From NCBI GenBank assembly GCA_002297545.1, contig DBLZ01000042.1, forward strand, positions 2,374-66,373: a stretch of 64,000 bases of DNA. Reading direction: 5' to 3'. The notes beneath the pieces are model-generated. The model had not been told where the DNA came from. It worked only from the letters and a program-made list of their open reading frames with translations, and ran no database searches. The stretch is from Prevotellaceae bacterium UBA711 (lineage in GTDB: Bacteria; Bacteroidota; Bacteroidia; Bacteroidales; Bacteroidaceae). The position numbers were made by a program, and so were the translations under genes. Below are positions 20,086 to 29,666 of this stretch, piece by piece (position 1 is the stretch's first letter; each line of letters starts with the position of its first letter).

Positions 20086-22382
20086 GTGCCTGCCTTATCA
20101 TATTCATCTGGACGCAGTTCAACAAAACTTGCCTCCATCGTGTCGTCCTGTACATTCTCCACGCTCCCTGTCATCATCAGTACGGTACCATCCGGCTGAC
20201 TGGCGTCTCTGTAGGTCTGTAGACTGCCGCTCATTATTTCCACTGTGCCATCCAATCGCGTCTTGCGCGAGGCGAACTGACTGTAGAGTGTGCCAATAAG
20301 CAACTCTTCGGTCTGGGTGGTGCGTCCGGCACGTGAAAGTTCCGTTATCTGTGCCCCCGTCTTGGTATTGAAATACGCGCCACGTGCCGTAGGAACTCCC
20401 TTCGCGCTGGTGCCGCACACCGTTTCTATCTCTATTGGTTCTTTTGCCGATTCATTCAGTTTGGCCGAGTATTCCACATCGTCCGTATCTATGGCCTTGT
20501 CAAATTGTGTGCTGTTCATTATCTCCAGTTCCGGCATCTTCATCAGTACCCAATTGACCGATGAGTACAGATTGCGCATGGTGTCGGTAATACTCAAGTC
20601 TTGGCCGGACTTGGCTATCATCCAGCCGCCGCCTCTGACCTCTATCCACAGCTTGCCTCCGCCACCGCCAAAATTTGGGTACGGTATGTATTGCCCTGCC
20701 TCGGCCTTGGAGAGAATGGACAGGAGGCGTTGCCTATGTGGATTGATGGCCGGACGGTTCTTCTTCCATCCAAGGACCCCGCATTTCTTTTCTCTGTCGT
20801 CAGCATCATAGTAGGCCAGATAGCCCCAGGTGGTGGTTTTGGCATCCTTTGAATAACGTACCCAGCGACCATAGGTGTCACGTAAGGTCGTAATAGGGTA
20901 TTTGACCGGGTACTTTACAGCATCGCGGTTGTCCCACACGTATATGTCATCACTGCCGTCGGGCTGGAACTTGACCATGATGGGGACGTATACGAAATTA
21001 CCGTCTTTCTCAAATTCGTCATACCACTTGTCCTGTTCTTCAAATTTTATGTTGCCTTCCGCCCAAAGCGTCTCAGCCTGCTCAAACGGATTGAAACGTG
21101 GGTCCATCATCATCTCTATGGCTATGCGCAACACGAGGTTGTCCGCTTCCATCACAGGCGGCGCCCATATCGGTGTTGTTCTGAACAGAGGCAGGTCCAC
21201 GCGGTCTATGTCCTCCGCCATTAGGGCACGCCATCCGTAGGGCCTGTTGTAATAAGTGACATGCTTTGGATTGAACGGATCCAGGACAGCCTGCACACCT
21301 TCCCAGTATATGGCGATGCCCTCACTTTCAGTACCATCATACTGTGGGACAATCTTGAAAAAGCGGGTGTATCTGTCTTTGCTCTCGCCAAGCTCGGCAT
21401 TCCTGCCGTCCAAGGCCGTCCAAATTGTAAAACCGCAATCGGTACTGTCAGTCCAGTCATTAAGTTTGGAACTGTAATGATATGAATAGTACTTCACTCC
21501 ACCGTCCTTGAAGCCTCCGTCCTGAGTATTAAGTGCCGTTTCGTTTGCAGGCGTCTCAATATCGCCCCAGCACTCTTCCGGCAGGAGGTTGCCGCTTTGT
21601 GCATAGGTGCTCCATGTTATTTTGGCATCATTGTACACTTTATCCACACCTAACGTCTGGTCATCGGACATCCAGCGTAGTTCCCGGCTCTTACCATTCA
21701 TATATAGGCCATTCAGGTCATATACCCAAATTCGTCCATCCCGTTGTATCATACGCATGGCCAGCGGCTGAAAGATACCCTCAAGCACCTTCCTAAGGCT
21801 CATAGCCTCGCCGTCCTCATCATAGAAATTGTCGGAACGGACTTTCAAATCCGCAAGGCCGATGCTCTTGAAGCTATGTGCAAGACAGGTACTAACCATG
21901 CTACTGTCAATATCCACATAATTGATATTGCTGCGGCTAAGAGCATTCTGTAATATATCATGCAGAGACTGCATACCTGCAAGGTCATACCTTAGACGGT
22001 CAAGCACACCGAAATCCGAAAAGGTAAGCAGCACCTCATAGTTTTCCACTTGAGAGTATGGTTCCTCATAGAACTCGGTATCCATGCATCCGCTCCAGTA
22101 CAGGGTACCATTGCGATATACATCCAGCCTCACAGCCGTAGGGTCATCTGTGTACAGGCCAGTATATGTCCTGTCGCCCGGACTGAGGACAGTAAGCGTT
22201 GCTGTGCTTCCACATAGTGGCACTTCCTTACTCTCCTCAGTCCATTCAAACACTAATGGCTCCGTACCAGGAAAATGCAGCAAACCTATGCTATCAGGTT
22301 CATAATCCTGGTTGCGGAGTAGCTGCACTTCCCAACGGACATTCTCCCTCGAATAGAATTTTCCTATATATATAAGTTCCAT
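20082..22382 (-). CDS. distal tail / tail-tip structural protein
   Basis: Start ATG 22382 lies 1 nt after the tape-measure stop (TGAcATG). ~766 aa. Assigned by position directly after the tape measure gene. Confidence 0.5.
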   Translation of the reverse strand: MELIYIGKFYSRENVRWEVQLLRNQDYEPDSIGLLHFPGTEPLVFEWTEESKEVPLCGSTATLTVLSPGDRTYTGLYTDDPTAVRLDVYRNGTLYWSGCMDTEFYEEPYSQVENYEVLLTFSDFGVLDRLRYDLAGMQSLHDILQNALSRSNINYVDIDSSMVSTCLAHSFKSIGLADLKVRSDNFYDEDGEAMSLRKVLEGIFQPLAMRMIQRDGRIWVYDLNGLYMNGKSRELRWMSDDQTLGVDKVYNDAKITWSTYAQSGNLLPEECWGDIETPANETALNTQDGGFKDGGVKYYSYHYSSKLNDWTDSTDCGFTIWTALDGRNAELGESKDRYTRFFKIVPQYDGTESEGIAIYWEGVQAVLDPFNPKHVTYYNRPYGWRALMAEDIDRVDLPLFRTTPIWAPPVMEADNLVLRIAIEMMMDPRFNPFEQAETLWAEGNIKFEEQDKWYDEFEKDGNFVYVPIMVKFQPDGSDDIYVWDNRDAVKYPVKYPITTLRDTYGRWVRYSKDAKTTTWGYLAYYDADDREKKCGVLGWKKNRPAINPHRQRLLSILSKAEAGQYIPYPNFGGGGGKLWIEVRGGGWMIAKSGQDLSITDTMRNLYSSVNWVLMKMPELEIMNSTQFDKAIDTDDVEYSAKLNESAKEPIEIETVCGTSAKGVPTARGAYFNTKTGAQITELSRAGRTTQTEELLIGTLYSQFASRKTRLDGTVEIMSGSLQTYRDASQPDGTVLMMTGSVENVQDDTMEASFVELRPDEYDKAGT

Positions 22383-22383
22383 G

Positions 22384-25300
22384 TCATGACCTTTTGTGTA
22401 GTTTGTTTTCCCGTGCCAGCACGCCTTCCAGACGCCTGCCACGTATCTTGAAATCCACAATGCCATCCATATTGCCACTTCCGTTGCCATCGGCAATAAG
22501 TGATTTCAGTTTGTCCAAAGGTGCTACCACCTCAGGATTACTTGACGCGCCACCATACTCACCCATCAATGCCAGTGTCGGGCCGTAAATGAGGCCACCG
22601 TTGGCAAAAGGGGTTACGGCCACACTGGCGACCAGACCCTCCATGGCCGCGATGAAGCCGGATGCAATGCCAAAACCGACAAATGGTATGGCGGCATGGG
22701 CAGCCATGAATGCCGATGCGGCAAGCTCGCGGTAAGCCATGGCCTGCATTTTGGTTGCTGCCGTAACGGCTGCAGAGGCGGCCACCTCGGCAGGTGCTGC
22801 CGCTGTCTTGGCTGTTGCCGACGTGGTGGCCGCCACTCCACTGGCAGTAGTGACGGCTGTAGAGGCAGTGGTGACGGCTGTCAGCGTGTCTATAATCTGG
22901 ATTATGGAATTGATGCCCTGGTATATCTGTATCGCAGAGTCTATCACCGCCACAACCGTCTCCCAAGCGTTGCCATTTCCTCTTATCGCCTCGGTAAGAC
23001 CTTGGATGCCGTTGCCTACGCCTTTTACTGATGACCATGTGTTCTCAAATGTTATCCTGTTCTTCTTAAGTATCCTCTCATAGTCCTCGTATGTGGCAAG
23101 TAATGACTGTACCTCCTTGCGATGTGACACATCCAACGGGTTCTTGGTGTCGGCAAGCATATTCTGTAGGCTGCGTATCTTGTCCTTCACACCTTCAAGC
23201 CCTATCAGTTCCAGTTCCATCTTCAGCTCCTTGCCGGAGAGTCCTGCCAGCTGGGCAAGTTCCTGCTGCATATCGGGTATCTCCGTCAGGCGCATCAAAG
23301 CGGTACGCTTGTTCTGAAGGGCTATGATTGTCCGCTGTATGTTCCCCACCTCGGTGGCAGAGGCCTTGTGTTGCTTGTCCCCGTAGTATGACAGTGCCTT
23401 GTCCAGCGCATCAATGGTATCTAAGCGAGATATGTCTTCGGGTACATCCAAGGAGGACAGTGTTTCGTCCCATGCCTCGCGTAGTTTCTTGAGTTCGATT
23501 ATCCGCTTCTGTATCTCCAGACGCTCAGATTCACCGACGGTTTTCAACTTCTTCTCATAGAAGGACAGTTCCGTTTCAAGTTTGGAGTATGTATCAATCT
23601 GGTCTATGCCTATGGATACATGCGAACTTTCTTCTAATACTGTTTTAAGTTCGTTCAAACGTTGTATCTCGGCATCGATGCCAGAAATACTTTCGGCTGT
23701 GGCCTTGCGCCGAAGTGACTGTTGGTACTGTATCTCCTTGTCGATGTTCTCCAGTGTATTCAACTCGGTCGGACGTCCGGCGACATCAAGCATACCCTTT
23801 ATCGCATCACGGGCATCCTCACATGCCTTTTTCAAACCGGCCAGGCGCTGTATCTCCGCTGTCTCACTGGGAGAGGTCTTTTCAAGTTGGGTCTGATAAT
23901 AAGCAATGTTATTCTCCAATGCCTTGTATGATTCTGCATTGGCAATTAGTTTCTTTCCGTCAAATTCATTCTTATTGGAGTTCAGGGCCACCAATCCGTA
24001 CGCCTCACCGAGTTTCTTGTACCTTGCCTCCATCTGGCGCAACTTGTCCGATTCGGACTTGGCATTGGCCGCGCCTGTTCCAGCAAGGGTTCCAACAAGG
24101 GTCTTCTGTTTCTCTATGGCCTTGCCGAGGTCATTATAACTCATTTTCTGCCATGTCACTGACTGGGTAGTAGTCTTAACAGCGGCATCGAGTTCGTTTT
24201 GGGCGGACACCATACGCGCTATGCAGGCATCATATTGTTTCTGGCATTCCTGTATTTCCGACGACAGGCGTGTAACGTCTGACACAGTTGCCTTGTAAGC
24301 ATTCTCTCCGACACCTTCCTTTTGCCAACCATATTGAACCTTGCCGCCAGCACTCATATATTGTTGTCCAAGTTGCTGCATCCGGCGCTGCTTCTCATCT
24401 CTCTCCAATTCCTTGGCAGCTATCTGTGATGCGAGCACCCTTGCCTGCGCCTCATAGCCTATCTGCGTACAGTAGGCCTTACTCTTGGCCACAAGGGTGT
24501 CGTACCATTCTGCTGCGGTCTTGTGGTGTCCGAGTGCCTCTCCATACCTATTGTTTAATTCCTGTACCTTGTCTGCTTCTTCTCTCTGCTGTTTGATGAG
24601 ATTGGACAGGGAGACTATCTCCATGTCCAATTCTGCCTTGGTGTCGGATGCAGCCCGACTGAAGGCATCCGTTGACTCCTTGAGCACATCCACCTTATCT
24701 GCTGTGTTCTCCGCCTCGTTACCCATGGACGTGAACAATGTCACCAGCCCGGTAATAACGGCGGAGATACCCAATGTCAATGTAGCATACAGTGCACCCA
24801 CGGCCACGTTCAAGGCCCAGGTGCCTGCCGTGGCCGTAGCGGAACTTGCGGCCAGCAGACGTTGAGCCAGGGCCACTACCTTTGTATGCACGGCAGCCAA
24901 CGCTGCCACTACAGCATTGCTCTTGTGTGCCCTGCCGAGTGCCACGATAGCCACCGCCGCCTTCCTGGCCGCCGAGGTCATCAGCACCAGACCAGCTATA
25001 GCCTGGCCACTGACGGCCACAAATGTCATGTATGGCTGTATGCCGCTGGCGATACCACCCACCCAGTCCAACATAGTGGCCAGCTGGTTCCTGAGCATGA
25101 CAGCAACATTCTCGCCGCTTCCGGCCATCTCTTCAAAGGCTGCGTCCATGGTTCCGGCACTGCCTGCCATGGCCTCTACATTAGTACTAAAAGTGTCGGC
25201 CAGCTCACCGGTAATAGGTATCAGGGCACGCAAGGCCTCTGCACTGCCGAAGAGTTTTCCGTATATTTCCTGCTCCAGCATGCCGTGGGCTGCAGCATAC

Positions 25301-26163
25301 CTCTGTATGTCAGTGTTCAGTTTGGTGAGGAAATTGTGCATCCCCCCAGCCGCCCTGATGGATGCGGCATCAAACTCTATGCCCATCTGCCGAGCCATCT
25401 CGGTGGCCTCACTTGACGGCTTCACAAGAGCTGTGAAGATGGCAGAAAGCTGTGTGCTCACTTCTGCCGTATTGCCACTGACGCCTGTAAGCGTGGCAAA
25501 GGAGGCCATCAGCTCATCGATGGTGACACCCAAGGTGGCAGCATTACCCGTCACCCTCGGCAGGGCTGCGGCCAACTGCTCAAAGCTGGTGACGCCGTTC
25601 CTGGCAGTCATCTGTATTTTGTCCTGAATTTCTCCTACCGCACTCCATTCCAGACCGTAGTTCTTGATGACAGTACTGGTTACCGTGACAGTCTGCCCAA
25701 TGTCTGCGATACCTCCCACCGCACTCCTGGCACTCTTGTTCAAGAAATCTATCCAGTTGTCCTCGGGCACACCATTAGAGATTACCTGGTAAAGGCCATC
25801 GGCAAGCTCCTTTCTGGTCAAGGGTATGGCGGAGGCCAAATCCTCTACCTGCCCCTTCAAGACAGCCAGACCTCCGGCATCCTTACCGGCCATAGTATTG
25901 ACAGCACGCATGCCCTTGTCAAAGGTATTGTACTCGTCGGCCAGGCTACCCACTGCACCACTCAGTTGGTCAATGATGGTATTCATGGAACTAAGCAGCA
26001 GACTCTTCTCGGTCAAGTCTTTCAATGAGTTGTCCAAAGTCCGTGTCTCCTTGACAGCCTCACCTATTGCGTCCTTGAACTCTTCAACACGCATGCTGAG
26101 ATTAGCCAACACCTTCTGGCCGTTGGTTTCCAGTTCAATCCTAAATCTTACAGATTTGTCCAT
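22384..26163 (-). CDS. tail tape measure protein
   Basis: 1259 aa. Long coiled-coil and Ala/Gly-rich hydrophobic segments. The N-terminal core block resembles TP901-family tape measure proteins. Preceded by a chaperone pair. Confidence 0.9.
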   Translation of the reverse strand: MDKSVRFRIELETNGQKVLANLSMRVEEFKDAIGEAVKETRTLDNSLKDLTEKSLLLSSMNTIIDQLSGAVGSLADEYNTFDKGMRAVNTMAGKDAGGLAVLKGQVEDLASAIPLTRKELADGLYQVISNGVPEDNWIDFLNKSARSAVGGIADIGQTVTVTSTVIKNYGLEWSAVGEIQDKIQMTARNGVTSFEQLAAALPRVTGNAATLGVTIDELMASFATLTGVSGNTAEVSTQLSAIFTALVKPSSEATEMARQMGIEFDAASIRAAGGMHNFLTKLNTDIQRYAAAHGMLEQEIYGKLFGSAEALRALIPITGELADTFSTNVEAMAGSAGTMDAAFEEMAGSGENVAVMLRNQLATMLDWVGGIASGIQPYMTFVAVSGQAIAGLVLMTSAARKAAVAIVALGRAHKSNAVVAALAAVHTKVVALAQRLLAASSATATAGTWALNVAVGALYATLTLGISAVITGLVTLFTSMGNEAENTADKVDVLKESTDAFSRAASDTKAELDMEIVSLSNLIKQQREEADKVQELNNRYGEALGHHKTAAEWYDTLVAKSKAYCTQIGYEAQARVLASQIAAKELERDEKQRRMQQLGQQYMSAGGKVQYGWQKEGVGENAYKATVSDVTRLSSEIQECQKQYDACIARMVSAQNELDAAVKTTTQSVTWQKMSYNDLGKAIEKQKTLVGTLAGTGAANAKSESDKLRQMEARYKKLGEAYGLVALNSNKNEFDGKKLIANAESYKALENNIAYYQTQLEKTSPSETAEIQRLAGLKKACEDARDAIKGMLDVAGRPTELNTLENIDKEIQYQQSLRRKATAESISGIDAEIQRLNELKTVLEESSHVSIGIDQIDTYSKLETELSFYEKKLKTVGESERLEIQKRIIELKKLREAWDETLSSLDVPEDISRLDTIDALDKALSYYGDKQHKASATEVGNIQRTIIALQNKRTALMRLTEIPDMQQELAQLAGLSGKELKMELELIGLEGVKDKIRSLQNMLADTKNPLDVSHRKEVQSLLATYEDYERILKKNRITFENTWSSVKGVGNGIQGLTEAIRGNGNAWETVVAVIDSAIQIYQGINSIIQIIDTLTAVTTASTAVTTASGVAATTSATAKTAAAPAEVAASAAVTAATKMQAMAYRELAASAFMAAHAAIPFVGFGIASGFIAAMEGLVASVAVTPFANGGLIYGPTLALMGEYGGASSNPEVVAPLDKLKSLIADGNGSGNMDGIVDFKIRGRRLEGVLARENKLHKRS

Positions 26164-26191
26164 AGTCTTTATGCTTTATGCCACGTACTCG

Positions 26192-26470
26192 TCAAACCAA
26201 CCCAAATCGTTTCTTCGCTGCCTTATATCGTTTGCGCAGCTCATCGTCAGTGACAGTAACAGCAGTTTTCTTTTCCTCCTTCTCCCAGGGAAATTCCATT
26301 ATATCACGTGCCTGCAAGCTCTTCTTCGAGTATGGCTGCAGTACGCACAGGCACTGCATTCTCACACGCTCCCATTCTCCCCGCTCCCTCTGCTCTTCCT
26401 GATGTTTCCAGCGGTCAAAGACTGCGCGGAACTCAGACGGGGTGCATCGTTCAAAATCACGAAGACTCAT
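26192..26470 (-). CDS. tail assembly chaperone, T-like part (probably expressed as a -1 frameshift fusion)
   Basis: This frame stays open upstream to the A9 slippery run at 26538-26546. Located immediately upstream of the tape measure gene. Confidence 0.5.
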   Translation of the reverse strand: MSLRDFERCTPSEFRAVFDRWKHQEEQRERGEWERVRMQCLCVLQPYSKKSLQARDIMEFPWEKEEKKTAVTVTDDELRKRYKAAKKRFGLV

Positions 26471-26514
26471 CCCGATACACCCCGATGCAATACCTATAAG
26501 TTCCTCTATGTCAG

Positions 26515-26811
26515 CTACGACTTCTCCGGGTCCATCGTTTTTTTTTGAGCTTCCGACATGCTATCATAGAAACCGGATATGTCACCTGGTTCAAGATGGT
26601 CGGCAAACGACTCGAATGAGTACGGGAACTCCTGCTCGTCTGCGGCACAGGCCGCCTTAACAATGCACCAGAGAAATAATACAAGGTCACTGACATCGGA
26701 CTTGCTTATCTCACTCACATCCTTGCCGCTCTCTCGTTTGAAGCGCACCATGGCTCCCATGGTGATGCGGCAAGGATATTCCTTACCTTTTATGGTTATC
26801 TTCTTCATCAC
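26515..26811 (-). CDS. tail assembly chaperone, G-like
   Basis: 98 aa acidic protein between the major tail and tape measure genes. Ends 8 codons after an A9 run. Confidence 0.6.
   Translation of the reverse strand: MMKKITIKGKEYPCRITMGAMVRFKRESGKDVSEISKSDVSDLVLFLWCIVKAACAADEQEFPYSFESFADHLEPGDISGFYDSMSEAQKKTMDPEKS
26538..26546 (-). other. putative -1 programmed ribosomal frameshift slippery site (A9 on the coding strand)
   Basis: The minus strand reads gct caa aaa aaa acg. The -1 frame reads ..NDGPGEVVADIEELIGIASGCIGMSLRDFERC.. without a stop into ORF 26192..26470. Confidence 0.55.
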
Positions 26812-26833
26812 TGATTACGTTTTTCGTTGGACA

Positions 26834-27298
26834 TTATACATCCCCGGTAGAAGGTGAAGTCAGCCCGGTACCTATCTTTTCCACCTTACCGCTGTTCTCC
26901 AGGGAGACGCTGTACTTGGCATCGTCTCCCGCCTGGCCGTCAAGTTCGAGGCTGGTAATGATATACTTTCCCTTGTAGCCGCCTTCGGTCTTGCCGGTAC
27001 GCTTGTCACCTTCACGCAGGCTGTAGCTCGCCTCGATAGGGGTACCCGCCAGCATCATGTCCTTAAGCTGGTCATAGGTCGGGATTTCGCTGTCTCCGTC
27101 GGTGAGCACACAGCCATCAGCGGTAATACTCTCGCTGAAGCTCTTTACAAACTTTTCCTTCCACTTGCCACTTGAGGCTTCCTTGGTCACACGCTCTCCT
27201 GTCTCCGTGGTAGTACTGACTTTACAACCTGTACTGAACCCGAGAGCCGCACCGCCCATACTGAGTATGAGGTCGGTGCCGTCTAATACGCTTTTCAT
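26834..27298 (-). CDS. major tail protein (siphovirus type)
   Basis: 154 aa. Position upstream of the chaperones, and a sequence pattern resembling TP901-1/phi13-type major tail proteins. Confidence 0.65.
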   Translation of the reverse strand: MKSVLDGTDLILSMGGAALGFSTGCKVSTTTETGERVTKEASSGKWKEKFVKSFSESITADGCVLTDGDSEIPTYDQLKDMMLAGTPIEASYSLREGDKRTGKTEGGYKGKYIITSLELDGQAGDDAKYSVSLENSGKVEKIGTGLTSPSTGDV

Positions 27299-27876
27299 TT
27301 CTTACAAATTAAAACTGCTATTGCCATACCGGCTGCGACACCGGCAATAAAGGCTGCCAATACATTATATATATTATAAGAACGCACAGTCTCTTTCACT
27401 TTTGTATGCAGGCTCTGCCCATTCTGTGCGTCTTTGTGGGTGGCCAGTTCATGCTCGTAGTACTCGCACAGCCGCTGAAGGCTGTCGCACGTGGCATGCA
27501 CAACTATGGTGTCTCCACGGGCACGCACATCCACATTGGCTCTGCCGTTCCTGGCATGATACCCGGCACCTGGCGGCAGGCTACGGAGACTGTCCACAGG
27601 TATCGACAGCCCCACATCCGACATCGGTACAGGCTCGGCTTTGAATACAGCCAGCTTGCAAATCAGGCTGTCCGCGCACAGACGTACCTCGGACGCAGAC
27701 ATGTCCAGGCTCTCCTTTCGGGATGTCGCGCAACTTGACAAGAACAGGACAATCAGCACTGTACTTACAACTGTTGGCACTTTCCACCGCCTTGCGAAAA
27801 CGGGCCATCTCGCGCGTGTTCCTGGCAAGTTCCTTCTTGGTGTCTCCAAGTTCTTTTTTCGTCTCGTTGAATTCAT
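27295..27876 (-). CDS. lipoprotein with C-terminal transmembrane helix (unimolecular-spanin-like); start uncertain (GTG 27780 or TTG upstream possible)
   Basis: Lipobox LFLSSC, C-terminal TM YNVLAAFIAGVAAGMAIAVLICKK. Overlaps the 3' third of the upstream gene in another frame. Confidence 0.45.
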   Translation of the reverse strand: MNSTRRKKNLETPRRNLPGTRARWPVFARRWKVPTVVSTVLIVLFLSSCATSRKESLDMSASEVRLCADSLICKLAVFKAEPVPMSDVGLSIPVDSLRSLPPGAGYHARNGRANVDVRARGDTIVVHATCDSLQRLCEYYEHELATHKDAQNGQSLHTKVKETVRSYNIYNVLAAFIAGVAAGMAIAVLICKK

Positions 27877-28099
27877 CCTTCAATGGTTTGACTATGTTTT
27901 CCATCAATATCCGGGTGGCGTGTTCAGCGTTGTCTATCCTGACACTCTCGGCTTCGGCCTTAGCCTTGTCGGCATCTGCCTTGGCACGTTCAGCCTCGGC
28001 ATTCGATTTTGCTACGGTCGCTTTCAATGTGGTCACGCCTATGACAGCCGCCAACAGGCCTCCACCCAGTATCCAGTTTAGTAAAACGCTGAACTCCAT
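27581..28099 (-). CDS. N-terminal TM plus coiled-coil lysis protein (holin or i-spanin-like)
   Basis: TM LLNWILGGGLLAAVIGVTTL followed by a charged coiled coil. Starts 13 nt after the amidase stop. The C-terminal third overlaps 27295..27876. Confidence 0.45.
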   Translation of the reverse strand: MEFSVLLNWILGGGLLAAVIGVTTLKATVAKSNAEAERAKADADKAKAEAESVRIDNAEHATRILMENIVKPLKDEFNETKKELGDTKKELARNTREMARFRKAVESANSCKYSADCPVLVKLRDIPKGEPGHVCVRGTSVRGQPDLQAGCIQSRACTDVGCGAVDTCGQSP

Positions 28100-28111
28100 T
28101 TCTCCACTCAG

Positions 28112-28597
28112 TTATTGTTTGATACCAATCTCATTAAGCCATGCTTGCACATCGAAACAGGGACAGGCTTTAGAACTGACCTCGTTGTGGCCGATGATGC
28201 GGACATCTGGAAAACGTTGGTGAAAGTCCTTTACATAATGCTCCAGTGCTTTCTTCTGCTCCGGGGTTCTGGTGTCCTTTGAGGTCTTACCATTCCGAGC
28301 AGTACCACCAGCATATACGATGTGCCGACTTACGCTATTATAGCCCCGGACTCCGTTGGTGATTTCCCATGAGTCCACATTGGCATCCTCGTTGTTTCCG
28401 ACCATCCGCTCCACCCTACCGTCCAAATGGATGAGGTCAGTATAGCCCACCTGCTTCCACCCACGCCCACCCTTGCTTACCGGGTCGGTGTGCCAATGGC
28501 GTATCTCATCGGTAGATACCTCACGGCCTTCGGGCGTGGCGGTGCAGTGGATGACCAGATATTTCAGTTTGGACATATCATGCAGCCTCGTGTTCAC
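28112..28597 (-). CDS. N-acetylmuramoyl-L-alanine amidase endolysin (Amidase_2/PGRP type)
   Basis: 161 aa. LVIHCTATPEG, ..HNEVSSKACPCFDV.. Zn-amidase pattern. Confidence 0.85.
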   Translation of the reverse strand: MNTRLHDMSKLKYLVIHCTATPEGREVSTDEIRHWHTDPVSKGGRGWKQVGYTDLIHLDGRVERMVGNNEDANVDSWEITNGVRGYNSVSRHIVYAGGTARNGKTSKDTRTPEQKKALEHYVKDFHQRFPDVRIIGHNEVSSKACPCFDVQAWLNEIGIKQ

Positions 28598-29636
28598 TCA
28601 TGATGACCACGCCGGCATCTGCCTTCGTGGGCATAGCGATGAAGCGATGACGGAAGTTGACCTTGTTGCGCTGGTACTCGGGATCGTTTTCTGCCGCACT
28701 CCAGTACATCTTGGTGCTACCGGTGGCTTTAAACACACGCTTGACATAGAAAGCGAACGAGCACTGGTACTCTCCTGCTGCCGGCGTAGAGCCCACGGCC
28801 TTCTTCTTACCTGCTGTGGTATATACGGGATTGTTGGCAAACTCGTAGATGTCGAAACCATACTGTCTGCCGACAGTACCGTCCGTTCGGTTGATGTTAT
28901 ACTGCTCACGGAAAGACTGGGATTCGCCCAAAAGGTCATTGACATGGTCGCTGCACAACACCAGACGACGATTGGCTGCCGGAACTCCCAACTTGTCCAT
29001 TGCTCGCTTCATCTCAATAACGTCTGCCATTCGCATTTTCACACGACCTGTGACAGCATCTCTTTCACCACTGGTCTTCAATATCGGCGTCTTAGCAGTA
29101 TCCTCCTGTGCACACATTGCATGGGCTGCCTTTGTAAACTTTGCATCGTTGATGGCATTGCCGTGACTTTCCTTGACACGACTGATCTTGTCATAGCTGA
29201 TGGCATACAACTCGTCATCGGTGATAGGAGTCACCTTGGTCTGGAATTTGTCCAGACTAATAGCGATGTCCTTGTCATCCAATGCCTGCAGTGGAATAGG
29301 ATAAGTGGTGTTATTTATCAAGACATCCGGGTCTACACCAACATCCACGAGATGGATAACATCATTGTTAACAAGAGAGGAATGGTCAGGAATGCCGTCA
29401 AGCCAGGTCGATTCCAATCCACGACGCAGGTACTTCACAAGTTCACCTGTCCATATCTCCTTGTACACTCCGGCACGAAGGACGGGGGTGCCCTGCCCTA
29501 CCATGCCCATCATGATGCCCAAAGCATTCATCCCTACCGCACCGGCCACAGGGGATAAACCGGCCAGAGCCGCCAACGTACCGCCTGTCACTGTGTTGAA
29601 CAGGACGGCAATCAGAATAGTTACAATCAGATTCAT
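28578..29636 (-). CDS. major capsid protein (start uncertain)
   Basis: 352 aa, directly downstream of the protease/scaffold gene. Size and position support the call. The N-terminal hydrophobic stretch suggests the true start may be an internal Met. Confidence 0.6.
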   Translation of the reverse strand: MNLIVTILIAVLFNTVTGGTLAALAGLSPVAGAVGMNALGIMMGMVGQGTPVLRAGVYKEIWTGELVKYLRRGLESTWLDGIPDHSSLVNNDVIHLVDVGVDPDVLINNTTYPIPLQALDDKDIAISLDKFQTKVTPITDDELYAISYDKISRVKESHGNAINDAKFTKAAHAMCAQEDTAKTPILKTSGERDAVTGRVKMRMADVIEMKRAMDKLGVPAANRRLVLCSDHVNDLLGESQSFREQYNINRTDGTVGRQYGFDIYEFANNPVYTTAGKKKAVGSTPAAGEYQCSFAFYVKRVFKATGSTKMYWSAAENDPEYQRNKVNFRHRFIAMPTKADAGVVIMSEHEAA

Positions 29637-29666
29637 TGCTGTCTGTTTCTTTTATTGGTTATACAT

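Noticed and set aside
17656-22496. A second DGR target among the other large tail proteins
   Set aside because: I looked for the IMH-like 14-mer (gggtcgcgtctcgc or its complement) and for TR-like C-termini. None was seen outside 10794-10906. This was a manual scan only, so a computational search is still advisable.
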